From: Myxococcota bacterium
GTDB taxonomy: Bacteria > Myxococcota_A > UBA796 > SXON01
NCBI GenBank assembly: GCA_040386535.1
Contig: JAZKFH010000014.1
Span: 1-57,428, forward strand
DNA: 57,428 bases
Direction of reading: 5' to 3'
The notes under the pieces were generated by a model. It was given only the letters and a program-made list of their open reading frames with translations, was not told the DNA's origin and made no database searches. This document shows positions 10,248 to 19,252 of the stretch, piece after piece; position 1 is the first letter of the stretch, and every line of letters starts with the position of its first letter. Made by a program: the position numbers and the translations under genes.

Positions 10248-11216
10248 TCAGACCGGTCCATCGGGCCCGACGACGGAAACGCGCTCGATGGCGAGGCGGA
10301 GCTGCCCACTCTGGCGACGGCGCTCGAACAGGCGGTCGGCGCCCTCCACCCCGGCTTGGGTGAGCTGCTCCCGGGCGCGGAACAGGTGCAGGTTGAGCAC
10401 CGCCGGCTCCAGCCTCAGCGCCCGCTGCAGCTCGTCGACATAGCGCCAGCCCACCTCGGAGGGGCCGACCCTGGCGGCGACATCGGCGAGCCGCGCCCGC
10501 GCGAGCTCGAACAGGAGGAACAGGTGGGCGCGCGACGACAAGGGAAGCCCGCCCCCAGGCCACACCAGGCGCACGTCGACCTGCTCCTGATCGGCGCTGG
10601 GCGTGAACTCGAGCGCGAGGTCGTCGAGGCGGGGGCGCAGGGTGCTGTCCCACGTGGCGGGGACGGCCTCCGACCCCGACGAGACCGGCAGGTGCACGGT
10701 CCACGCCCGATCGCCGAGCGCCACGCGAGGGACGGCGCCGAGCTCGGCCGCCTCTCCGTCCACCTCTACGGCCCAGGCGCCATCGGCCTCCTCGAACACC
10801 AGCACCCGCGGATCGTCCAGCCCGGGCAGCACCAGCAGCCCCCCGGAGGCAACCACGAGCTCTCCGGTGCCCTCTTCCGTGGCGGCGGGCCCCGGCGGCC
10901 CGGCGTCGACCACTTCGATCACCAGCTCCGCACCGAGGCGGATCCTCGCCCCCGCGGCCACCGCCCGCACCCGGCCGGGCTCCAGGGGAACCCCCTCGAC
11001 GAACGTACCGTTGCGGCTGCCCAGGTCGCGGAGCTGCCACGCCCCCGCCGCCCAGCGCAGCGACGCGTGCTCGCTGCTGACCTGCGGGTCCGCCAGCCGC
11101 ACGGCGCACCGCGGCGCCCGCCCCAGCAGGTTGTGGCTCCCCAGCGCGACGCGCCGGCCCGCGATGGTCAACACGGCCATGGGCGACCGGGTAGCATCCC
11201 TGCCGGGGTCCGTCAT
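10248..11216 (-). CDS. FHA domain protein with C-terminal winged-helix-like region
   Basis: LGR, VSSEHA, DLGSRNGTFV FHA motifs; directly upstream of the kinase. Confidence 0.88.
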   Translation of the reverse strand: MTDPGRDATRSPMAVLTIAGRRVALGSHNLLGRAPRCAVRLADPQVSSEHASLRWAAGAWQLRDLGSRNGTFVEGVPLEPGRVRAVAAGARIRLGAELVIEVVDAGPPGPAATEEGTGELVVASGGLLVLPGLDDPRVLVFEEADGAWAVEVDGEAAELGAVPRVALGDRAWTVHLPVSSGSEAVPATWDSTLRPRLDDLALEFTPSADQEQVDVRLVWPGGGLPLSSRAHLFLLFELARARLADVAARVGPSEVGWRYVDELQRALRLEPAVLNLHLFRAREQLTQAGVEGADRLFERRRQSGQLRLAIERVSVVGPDGPV

Positions 11217-11228
11217 GGGGTCGGGCCC

Positions 11229-12695
11229 TCAACCGCCCACGTCGCCCAGGTCCACGGCGAACACCGCGCGCGCCCCGACGTGCTCGGTGGCCGACCACAA
11301 CCAACCGTTCGACGCGTCGACGGCGAGGTCCTCGGGGCCGTACACCCAGGGGTACGCGGTGGAGCCTCCCGTGGTCGCCTCGTAGAGCAGGCCGTTGCTG
11401 CCGGATTGGCTGCTGCACGACAACCACCACGCTCCGTCGCGGGAGGCGGCGCCTTGCACGCGGTCCTGTTGGGCGACATGGGCCTCGGTCGCGGCGGTAT
11501 AGGCGCCGCCCGCGAGCAGCCCCGTCGTCGGGTCGAGGGGCCAGCGCAGGAGCCGCCCGCTGATGGCGTCCGAATCGTATTCCCCGGTGATCAACGAGGG
11601 CGCGGCGGAGCCACTCTTGGAGCCACTCCTTGAGCCACTGTCGAGGCCGACGAACGAGAAGTTCGTGTCACACCCGCACGCGGGCATCACGTAGCGTGTC
11701 ACCTGGGGGAGCACGTACTTGTATTGGTAGGCGGAGCAGCCGTTCGTGTCACAACCGATGTCATCCGTCTCCGTGGAGACCTCGAGGATGCGGTCCATGT
11801 CGAACACGCGCAGCCCGTTGTTGGTATCGGCCACGTACAGGAGGCTCCCCACCCACGCGAGGCCACCCGCGTGCACCGGCACCGCCGCGATGTCGGGGTC
11901 GGCGGCGGTGCCGGTCGGCTCGACGAGCAGCACGTGCCGGTAGGTGACCGCCGCGGGGGAGGAGATGTCGGCGAAGCTGATGCGCACGCCCTTGTCGTAG
12001 GCCGTGCCCGCCGCCTCCGGGTCGTAGTGCCAGGACACCAGCACCGCGGCGTAGCCCTCCACCCGGCCGGTGGCGTCCGCGTCGAAGCTGCCGGTGATGC
12101 CTTGCGGAAACCAGTAGTCCACGTCCACGTCGCCCGCGTTCCAGGTGAACCCGCGCGCGAACCCGGTGGCGCGCGACAGGTCGTCGAGCACGACACCGTC
12201 GCGGTTCCCGTCCGCGAGCACCTCCCCCACCGCGGCGGACGGCAGGCGCGCCGCGAGCGCGTCGAGGATGTCGACGGCGCGCGTCCACCCGCCCTCGTCG
12301 GCGAGCACGAACCCGCCGGCGTCGAGCGGCACGAGCCCCCCGCCCTCGGTCACCGCCGCGGCGGACGCATCGGGGCAGGAAGGGGGGCTCGACGGGTCCC
12401 CGCCGCCATCGCAGTCGTCGTCCACCCCGTTGCACACCTCGACGGCGCCGGGGAACACGCCCGCGTCGTCGTCGTCGCAGTCCACGTCGGCGGGGGCCCC
12501 GTCCCCGTCCGCGTCTGGAGGGGCGGTGTCCTCCGGTGGGGCGGTGTCCTCTGGGTCGGTGTCCTCCGGTGGGGCGGTGTCCTCCGGAGGGGCGGTGTCG
12601 GCCGCCGGCGTTTCGGTGTCATCGGTGGGGTCGGGCGCGCTCTTTCGGATGTCGCCGGTGACACAGGCGGCCAGCAGGAGCAGGGGGAGCGGCAT
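11229..12695 (-). CDS. Lipoprotein with PPEDT linker, one metal-binding repeat and an uncharacterised secreted domain
   Basis: MPLPLLLLAAC; DCDD..CNGVDDDCDG; WFPQGITGS, KGVRISF, YRHVLLVEP, HAGGLAW. Confidence 0.82.
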   Translation of the reverse strand: MPLPLLLLAACVTGDIRKSAPDPTDDTETPAADTAPPEDTAPPEDTDPEDTAPPEDTAPPDADGDGAPADVDCDDDDAGVFPGAVEVCNGVDDDCDGGGDPSSPPSCPDASAAAVTEGGGLVPLDAGGFVLADEGGWTRAVDILDALAARLPSAAVGEVLADGNRDGVVLDDLSRATGFARGFTWNAGDVDVDYWFPQGITGSFDADATGRVEGYAAVLVSWHYDPEAAGTAYDKGVRISFADISSPAAVTYRHVLLVEPTGTAADPDIAAVPVHAGGLAWVGSLLYVADTNNGLRVFDMDRILEVSTETDDIGCDTNGCSAYQYKYVLPQVTRYVMPACGCDTNFSFVGLDSGSRSGSKSGSAAPSLITGEYDSDAISGRLLRWPLDPTTGLLAGGAYTAATEAHVAQQDRVQGAASRDGAWWLSCSSQSGSNGLLYEATTGGSTAYPWVYGPEDLAVDASNGWLWSATEHVGARAVFAVDLGDVGG

Positions 12696-12770
12696 GAGGC
12701 GCGCAGGATACCGCGGGCGCCGCCGAGCCACGGGTGGTCGAGGAACCGCGGGCAAAGTCTCCGCGCTCCC

Positions 12771-12807
12771 TTGCTGGATCTACAGCGTAAGCTTACATCG
12801 TAAGGGC
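12771..12807 (+). promoter_or_regulatory. Promoter with tandem TetR-type operators (TCTACAGCGTAAG, CTTACATCGTAAG)
   Basis: CTTAC-N3-GTAAG palindrome at 12792-12804; near-identical module at 15371-15407. Confidence 0.75.
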
Positions 12808-12823
12808 TCCCACCGAGGCCCCG

Positions 12824-13828
12824 ATGAACGCTCCGCTCCCCCCCGTCGGCACCATGAAGGCGATCCTCCAACCGGCCTATGGCCAGCCCGACATCCTCGT
12901 GCTGGGCAACGTCGCCCGGCCGCAGATGCAGGACGACGGGGTGTTGGTACGCGTGGTCGCGGCGTCGCTCAACAAGGCCGACTGGCACTTCCTCACCGGG
13001 GCGCCCTACCTCTTCCGGCTCTCGGGTGTCGGCTTCACCAGGCCCCACAAGCCCATCCTCGGGATGGCCATGGCGGGTCGGGTCGAGGCCGTCGGCGCCA
13101 ACGTGAAGGCGTTTCGTGTGGGGGACGAGGTGTTCGGGGAGATCGACCGCGGCGCGTTCGCCGAGTACGTCTGCGTGACCGAGAAGGAACTGGCCCACAA
13201 GCCGGCCACCCTCTCGTTCGAGGAGACGGCCACCCTCCCGCTCGCCGGCACCACCGCCTTGCAGGGCCTGCGGGACGCGGGGCGCCTGCAGCCCGGGCAG
13301 TCCGTGCTGATCAACGGGGCCGCGGGCGGCGTGGGCACCTTCGCGGTCCAGATCGCCAAGTCGCTGGGCGCCGAGGTCACCGGCGTGTGCAGCACCGGCA
13401 ACGTCGCGCTGGTGCGGTCCATCGGCGCCGACCACGTGGTCGACTACACCCAGGAGGACTTCACGCGCCAGGATCGCCGGTACGACGTGCTCTTCGACCT
13501 CGTCGGCAACCAGCCCCTCTCCGCGTGCCGGCGCGTGCTGAAGGAGCAGGGGCGGCTGGTGTCGTCCTCGGGCGGGGCCGAACATGCCTGGGTGGGCCCC
13601 ATGGTGCTCCTCCTCACGGGGATGGCCAGCAACCTCTACTCGCGCCAGCCCTTCGTGCCGCTGGTGGCCAGGCCCGACCCGGCGGATCTGCTCGCCCTGC
13701 GCGCGTTCGTGGAGGCCGGGCAGGTCAAGCCGGTCGTCGATCGGCGCTACACGTTAGCGGAGGTGCCCGAGGCGATGCGCTACCTGGGCCAGGGCCGCAC
13801 CCGAGGCAAGAGTGTCATCACCCTCTGA
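12824..13828 (+). CDS. Zn-independent MDR / NAD(P)-dependent quinone oxidoreductase-like protein
   Basis: GAFAEY, VLINGAAGGVG, GKSVI; MDR family layout. Confidence 0.9.
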   Translation: MNAPLPPVGTMKAILQPAYGQPDILVLGNVARPQMQDDGVLVRVVAASLNKADWHFLTGAPYLFRLSGVGFTRPHKPILGMAMAGRVEAVGANVKAFRVGDEVFGEIDRGAFAEYVCVTEKELAHKPATLSFEETATLPLAGTTALQGLRDAGRLQPGQSVLINGAAGGVGTFAVQIAKSLGAEVTGVCSTGNVALVRSIGADHVVDYTQEDFTRQDRRYDVLFDLVGNQPLSACRRVLKEQGRLVSSSGGAEHAWVGPMVLLLTGMASNLYSRQPFVPLVARPDPADLLALRAFVEAGQVKPVVDRRYTLAEVPEAMRYLGQGRTRGKSVITL

Positions 13829-13875
13829 GATCACCGAGTGGTGAGGCACCCCAGTTCCGCAGCGAGGAGGCACCC

Positions 13876-14553
13876 CTGACCACCCCCGATTCCCCCGAGC
13901 CCCGGCTGCCCCTGACCCGTGAGCGGGTGCTCCGCGCCGCCATCACCATGGCGGACCAAGAGGGCCTCGCCTCGCTCACCATGCGGGCCCTCGGCGCGGC
14001 GCTGGGCGTCCAGGCGATGTCGCTGTACAACCACGTGGCCAACAAGGATGCGCTGCTCGACGGCATCGTCGAGCTCGTGGTCGGTGAGATCGAGGTCCCC
14101 TCCCACTCCGATCCGTGGCGCACGGCGATGCGCAAGCGGGCCGCCTCCGCCCACGCGGTGTTGCTCCGCCATCCCTGGGCCTGTGGCCTGCTGATGTCCC
14201 GGGCCAACGTCGGCCCGGCGATGATCCGCTACATCGACGCCACGCTCGGCTGCCTCCACCAAGCCGGGTTCCCGCTCCCGCTGGCCGACCACGCCTGGAA
14301 CGCGATGGACAGCTTCATCTACGGCTTCACCCTCCAGAAGCTCAACTTCCCCTTCAAGGAGGACGAGTATTCGAAGATGGCCGCGATGTACCTGCCCACC
14401 CTCTCCGTGGAGCAGTTCCCCGCGATGCACGCCCTCACCGTGCTGGTCGCGTCCGGAAAACACAACGGCCTCCACGACCTCGAATTCGGGCTCGAGCTCC
14501 TGCTCGATGGGCTCGAACGGGTGCTTGTGACGGGCGACAGCGCGCGGAGCTGA
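13876..14553 (+). CDS. TetR family regulator (TetR_C-type C-terminus), probable CTG start
   Basis: LTRERVLRAA..LTMRALGAALGVQAMSLYNHVANKDALL HTH; FGLELLLDGL; GAGGAGG SD 5 nt before CTG. Confidence 0.88.
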   Translation: MTTPDSPEPRLPLTRERVLRAAITMADQEGLASLTMRALGAALGVQAMSLYNHVANKDALLDGIVELVVGEIEVPSHSDPWRTAMRKRAASAHAVLLRHPWACGLLMSRANVGPAMIRYIDATLGCLHQAGFPLPLADHAWNAMDSFIYGFTLQKLNFPFKEDEYSKMAAMYLPTLSVEQFPAMHALTVLVASGKHNGLHDLEFGLELLLDGLERVLVTGDSARS

Positions 14554-14704
14554 CGAGCCCGGCGGTTGATTGGATTTCACGCTCCTGGAGCGACGCTCGC
14601 CCACGGCAAATGCTCCGAGAGCCTGGGCGTTGCCTTGGGGGCAAGCCCCGGACGGCGTCGTTGGAGACGCGGGCGCCCAACTCCGCAAGCGAGGAGCGGG
14701 GCGA

Positions 14705-14954
14705 CCGTCCGAACTCGGGGGGTGCGCGCCCATCCCGTCACTTTGGACGGGATATCCGGCCGAAGTCGGGGGGTGCGCGCCCATCCAGTCACTTCGGACG
14801 GGATATCCGTCCGAAGTCGGGGGGTGCGCGCCCATCCAGTCACTTCGGGCGGGATATCCGTCCGAAGTCGGGGGGTGCGCGCCCATCCCGTCAGTTCGGA
14901 CGGGATATCCGCCCGAACTCGGGGGGTGCGCGCCCATCCCGTCACTTCGGACGG
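14705..14954. repeat. Tandem array of five 51-bp palindromic (REP/BIME-like) units
   Basis: Units start at 14705, 14756, 14807, 14858, 14909; consensus CCGTCCGAAGTCGGGGGGTGCGCGCCCATCCCGTCACTTCGGACGGGATAT. Confidence 0.95.
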
Positions 14955-15016
14955 TAGGCCCGTGCCATGCCAGTGGAATACCCGTCGGCCAGACGGGCGG
15001 CGCCTGCATCCTCCCT

Positions 15017-15250
15017 TCAATCAGCGAGGCCCGGTCTGCCCTCCTGATGGGCGCGGTGCTCGGCGTCCTGCTGGAAGAGAAGGTCGGTGTTCCAGCCGAG
15101 GAGGCGCAGCAGGAACGCAACGTCGTTGGCGCGGAACACGTGGCTTACGAACCAGCCGAAACCGAGACCATGTTTGTCGAACTTGAAGACCCGCTCGCAG
15201 TCCCCGCGGTCGTTGTAGAACCGCCACACGTCCAGCGGTTCCCACGCTCC
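15017..15250 (-). pseudogene. IS1380/IS4-like DDE transposase C-terminal remnant
   Basis: WRFYNDRGDCERVFKFDKHGLG..SHVFRANDVAFLLRLLGWN resembles the Y-x2-R-x3-E-x6-K and F-x-AN signatures; no start or N-terminal part. Confidence 0.6.
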
Positions 15251-15254
15251 TCCA

Positions 15255-15319
15255 GGGCGGGCACGGCGGGGGCGGGCACGGCGGGGGCGGGCACGGCGGG
15301 GGCGGGCACGGCGGGGGCG
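15255..15319. repeat. 15-bp G-rich tandem repeat (GGGCGGGCACGGCGG)x4
   Basis: Directly visible. Confidence 0.9.
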
Positions 15320-15370
15320 TCGACCTCGCGGGTGCCACCGAGGACACCGCGGAGAAATCTTCCGCCCTCC

Positions 15371-15407
15371 TTGCCGGATATACACTGTAAGCTTACAACG
15401 TAAGGGC
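15371..15407 (+). promoter_or_regulatory. Second copy of the promoter/TetR operator module (TATACACTGTAAG, CTTACAACGTAAG)
   Basis: Matches 12771-12807; directly upstream of the SDR gene. Confidence 0.75.
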
Positions 15408-15426
15408 CACCCACCCCGAGGCTCTC

Positions 15427-16458
15427 ATGGAATCGTCCCTCGCCCCGATCCGCCATCCCGCTCCCCCCCTCGTGCTCCCCGCGGTGGGGACCCCCTGGCT
15501 GGCGCTACGCCGGCCGGGCTCCCTGTACGCGAAGTGCAAACGTCATGGTGCGAGCGGCTTCGGATACGGGTCGACGGCGGAGGATGTCACCGCGGGCCTC
15601 GATCTGTCGGGCAAGACCATCCTCGTCACCGGTGTGACCTCGGGCCTCGGCGAGGAGACAGCGCGCGTGCTCGCGCTGCGCGGCGCCCGGATCGTCGGGC
15701 TCGCGCGGACCGCGGAGAAGGCCCGCGAGGCCATGCGTACGCTGCCGAACGCGCCGGTGCCCGTGGCGTGTGACCTCGCCGATCTCGCGACCGTGCGGGC
15801 CGCGGTCGCCACGGTGCAAGCGTTGGGCGTGAAGCTGGACGCGTTGATTTGTAATGCCGGGATCATGGCATTGCCGGAGCTCGAGCAACGCCACGGCTAC
15901 GAGCTCCAGTTCTTCACGAACCACGTCGGCCACTTCGTGCTCGTCACCGGTCTGGTCGACACCCTCGCGGACAACGGCCGCGTGGTCATGCTGAGCAGCA
16001 ACGCCCACGCGGACGTTCGGCCCGCCGGCATCGAATTCGACAACCTCTCGGGCGAGCGTCAGTACGACTCGCGCAACTACGGCCAGTCGAAGCTGGCGAA
16101 CCTGCTGTTCGCAAAAGAGCTCGCGAAACGTTTCGTGGGCACCGACAAGACCGCGAACGCCGTACATCCCGGGGTGATCCAAACCAACCTGGGCCGGTAC
16201 ATGGCCGGCTGGCTGCAGACCGTCGTGGCGATCGGCTTCTGGGTCATGGGCCCGCTGTTCCTGAAGACCGCCGGGCAGGGCGCCGCGACCCAGTGCTACG
16301 CCGCCGTACACCCCGCCGCCGCCGCCGCCAACGGTGCGTACTTCGTCGACTCCAACGTGGCGGTGCCGAGCGCGCATGCGCAGGACGCGGCGCTCGCCAC
16401 GAAGTTGTGGGAAGAGACTGAGCGGATCGTGGCGTCGTTGAGGCCGGCGTCGGCCTGA
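15427..16458 (+). CDS. Short-chain dehydrogenase/reductase (retinol dehydrogenase/WWOX-like)
   Basis: TGVTSGLG, CNAGIM, NHVGHF, YGQSKLAN (YxxxK), VHPG. Confidence 0.92.
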   Translation: MESSLAPIRHPAPPLVLPAVGTPWLALRRPGSLYAKCKRHGASGFGYGSTAEDVTAGLDLSGKTILVTGVTSGLGEETARVLALRGARIVGLARTAEKAREAMRTLPNAPVPVACDLADLATVRAAVATVQALGVKLDALICNAGIMALPELEQRHGYELQFFTNHVGHFVLVTGLVDTLADNGRVVMLSSNAHADVRPAGIEFDNLSGERQYDSRNYGQSKLANLLFAKELAKRFVGTDKTANAVHPGVIQTNLGRYMAGWLQTVVAIGFWVMGPLFLKTAGQGAATQCYAAVHPAAAAANGAYFVDSNVAVPSAHAQDAALATKLWEETERIVASLRPASA

Positions 16459-16536
16459 GCCCGGCCCTTTCACCCCACCTACACCCGCAAATGCAGGCGC
16501 CGGCTCTGTCGTCCCACTGGCGAACCCGGAGCCCCG

Positions 16537-16926
16537 ATGCGTCCCCTCGTCCTCCTCGCCGTCGCCCTCTTCGCCTTTCCCGCGTTCGCGAAGCACGGCG
16601 ACAAGCCGAAACACGCCGAGAAACACCAGAAGCACGCCGAGAAACATGACTGGCCCGCCGCGCACGGCGTCCCCCCGGGCCACCTGCCCCCGGCCGGGAG
16701 CTGCCGGATCTGGTACCCGGGCGTGCCCCCCGGCCACCAGCCGCCGCCGACGAGCTGCGCCGTCGCGTACCGCGAGGCTCCCCGCGGCGCCTGGGTCATC
16801 GACGCGCGCACGCACGCCGGCACCCACGTCCGCGCCTACGTCCCCCGCCCGGATCGGCCCGACGGGCACGCGTACACGCTGGTGTTCGACCTCGGCGGCG
16901 CCTTCGTCCGCGTCGAGTGGGACTGA
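16537..16926 (+). CDS. Secreted hypothetical protein with GVPPGHxPP repeats
   Basis: Signal peptide ending AFA; GVPPGHLPPAGSCRIWYPGVPPGHQPPPTSC. Confidence 0.8.
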   Translation: MRPLVLLAVALFAFPAFAKHGDKPKHAEKHQKHAEKHDWPAAHGVPPGHLPPAGSCRIWYPGVPPGHQPPPTSCAVAYREAPRGAWVIDARTHAGTHVRAYVPRPDRPDGHAYTLVFDLGGAFVRVEWD

Positions 16927-17084
16927 GAGCCTGACCGGAAATCCCTCCCATCGCCCGCTGGACGCCTCCGGCGCCGGCCGCGGTTCGGCCTCGATTACAG
17001 GCCGCGGCCTGCGCTCTCGGCCGAAACGCAGCCGGCATCCGGATGCGCCTCAGCGGGCTCGGTCCGGGATTCCCGGCCAGGCTC
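16927..17084. mobile_element. 158-bp palindromic MITE-like element
   Basis: TIRs GAGCCTGACCGGAAATCCC / GGGATTCCCGGCCAGGCTC (17/19); inner arms also pair; flanks TGA/CGA. Confidence 0.55.
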
Positions 17085-17103
17085 CGAGCCCGCGAGCGGC
17101 CCC

Positions 17104-19110
17104 CTACCCCGTCTTCCCCTGCTTGCTGAGCCCCGGGAGCCGCAACATCTTGCCCTGGTAGGGGGTGTTGGACCCGACCGCCGAGTCCTTCTTCAACGAC
17201 ACCTTCTGGGTCTGCCGCTTGCCGCCTTCGTCGTACTCGACCGTCGCCTCGTCGTTCGCGGGGTCGAGCGTGACGTCGTCGAGGTCGAGGAAGATCAGGT
17301 TGTTGACCGGATCGCGCTCGTAGTCGGCGTCGCCGTGCGGCACGCCGATGATGCGGACCTCGACGCCGAGCTGGTCGGCGAGCGCGCGCACGAGCTCGAG
17401 GTACTCCAGGCCCTGCTCCCACTCGTCGGCCACGGCGTTGAGCCGCACCGGGTCCTGCGACGGATCACCCGAGCCGAGCTCCAGTCGCGTCCGCAACGGG
17501 TGGCCCGGGGGGAGCGCCTCGGGGTGGGTCAACACGAAGAGCATCGTCTTGAGCGAGCTCTCCCCGGGCGCGCCGAAGCCCTTGCCCGCGCCGTCGCCGA
17601 GGAGCCGCATCAGCTCCCCGGGCATCAGGCCGTTGGTGTCGAAGATGTCCCGGCGCGAGACCCCGAACAGGGCCGCGAACTTGTCGCGGCTCTCCTTCGT
17701 ATCGGCGGGGTAGAGCACCGTGTAGGCCCGCGCCAGCGCATTCCCCATGTCGTCCAGCTTCGTGGTGCCGACGGTGACCTCGTCGTCGCTGAACTTGCCC
17801 ACCGTGCGCGTGTCCATGCCATTCGCCGCGCCCCAGCCCTGGCTCTGGTCGACCGCCGCCTTGGCCTTGCCCCACGGGCCCGTCCCAGGCACGCTCCCAA
17901 CCATGCTCCCGCTCTGGTCGTTGAGGAAGTAGTCGCCCTCGCCGACCATTCCGCCGGGCACGGTGCCGATGTCGGGCGGCGAGGTCAGGGTCTTCTCGAG
18001 CGCGCCGAACAGGTGCAGCAGCGACAACATCGTGGCACGCCCGAACACGCCGTCGCCGCGCTTCAACGACGCGTCGGTCCCGGTGATCGCGAACGCCTCG
18101 CCGCCGAAGGGCGTGTTGGTGTCGGCGGTGGCCTTGGTGTCGGGGCTGATCGCGCGCACCAGCGCCTGCAATCGGCCGATGTCGACGTCGCCGTCGGTGC
18201 CCGCGCCGGTCTGCAGGTACGACCAGAGCTCGTCGGCCACGGCGGCGAGGCCCTTCTCCCCCAACGCATGGCCGTCCGCGAAGCGGGCCGTCAGCGCGGC
18301 GACGAAGGTGGCCTTGTCGTCCCCCATCACGTCGCGGATGCCGCCGATGTCCATGCAGCGCATGATCAACGCCTTCAGGCCGGCCTCGTCGAGCTCCGGC
18401 GCGGACGTGCCGCTGGTGTCGAAGGGCGACGTGTGCGCCGACACCTCCCCCTCGTTCAGCGTGTAGCCGTTGTACCAGGCGCCCGGCTTGGTCTGCTTGT
18501 CCTTCCAGCCGGTCCGGTCGGCCTCCGAGGCGTCGAGCGCAGTCTCCCCGCCATTGAGGAAGCCCCAGACGTCCGCGTCCTGCTCCCGCGCGTTCGCGCC
18601 GTCGAGCACCTTCCGCGGGTCCTCCGTGTCGGCCCCGAAGCGCACCTGCTCCCCCTTCTCGCCGAGCACGATCCGGCCGTCGCTCCGCACGGTGATCTTC
18701 CCGCCGCTCTCCTTCAGCCACGTCACCACCGTGGCCCGGTCGCCTTGCGACAGCGTGGAGATGTCGAGCCAGCGGGGCCCGTCCGCGATCTCGACGTACT
18801 GCGTGTTCGCGCCGATGGTGCCGAGCGCCGACGCGTCGACCGTGTTCTGCGCCGTGGCGCCGGCCGGCCTCGTGCTGTGACACGCCACGAACACCGACGG
18901 CCGCGGGCCGGAAGGCGGGTCGACCAGCTTCCCATCGACACCCCCGCCGGCGGGCTCGAGTGCGACCGTCTCTCCCGGCGCCTGGCGGGACGCGATCTGG
19001 TCGAGCCGCTCCTGGTTGCTACCAAAGGACCGCGTGGCCCCGGGCCGTGCCAGGGTCGAGCCCTGGGATTCGCGCGTGGTCGACGTTGTGGTCTGGCGTT
19101 GTTGACGCAT
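17104..19110 (-). CDS. Hypothetical protein with peptidoglycan-binding-like motif and vWA/MIDAS-like DxSxS
   Basis: GC3-biased ORF; GDGVFGRAT; YFLNDQSGSM. Confidence 0.75.
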   Translation of the reverse strand: MRQQRQTTTSTTRESQGSTLARPGATRSFGSNQERLDQIASRQAPGETVALEPAGGGVDGKLVDPPSGPRPSVFVACHSTRPAGATAQNTVDASALGTIGANTQYVEIADGPRWLDISTLSQGDRATVVTWLKESGGKITVRSDGRIVLGEKGEQVRFGADTEDPRKVLDGANAREQDADVWGFLNGGETALDASEADRTGWKDKQTKPGAWYNGYTLNEGEVSAHTSPFDTSGTSAPELDEAGLKALIMRCMDIGGIRDVMGDDKATFVAALTARFADGHALGEKGLAAVADELWSYLQTGAGTDGDVDIGRLQALVRAISPDTKATADTNTPFGGEAFAITGTDASLKRGDGVFGRATMLSLLHLFGALEKTLTSPPDIGTVPGGMVGEGDYFLNDQSGSMVGSVPGTGPWGKAKAAVDQSQGWGAANGMDTRTVGKFSDDEVTVGTTKLDDMGNALARAYTVLYPADTKESRDKFAALFGVSRRDIFDTNGLMPGELMRLLGDGAGKGFGAPGESSLKTMLFVLTHPEALPPGHPLRTRLELGSGDPSQDPVRLNAVADEWEQGLEYLELVRALADQLGVEVRIIGVPHGDADYERDPVNNLIFLDLDDVTLDPANDEATVEYDEGGKRQTQKVSLKKDSAVGSNTPYQGKMLRLPGLSKQGKTG

Positions 19111-19217
19111 CGAGCTTCCGGGGCGCGAGAGGGGCCGGAACTCTACTCGTGGGAGGCGAGCTGCGTCCACCGTCACGACGCCGCCCGAGCGGGACCGACG
19201 GCACGGATCTTTTCGAT

Positions 19218-19252
19218 TGCTAAGTTCTTAGCACTCCGCTAAGTACCTAGCA
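19218..19252 (+). promoter_or_regulatory. Tandem BlaI-family operators (TGCTAAGTTCTTAGCA; CGCTAAGTACCTAGCA)
   Basis: Perfect 7-2-7 palindrome at 19218-19233; degenerate copy at 19237-19252 overlaps the ATG. Confidence 0.75.

Noticed and set aside
14705..14954. CRISPR array (also 57136-57288)
   Set aside because: Units are contiguous near-identical repeats with no unique ~30-bp spacers, and there are no cas genes in the window
14570..15403. ORFs running through the 51-bp array (17-aa repeats)
   Set aside because: Open in several frames on both strands because the unit is a multiple of 3; variation tracks base pairing rather than codons
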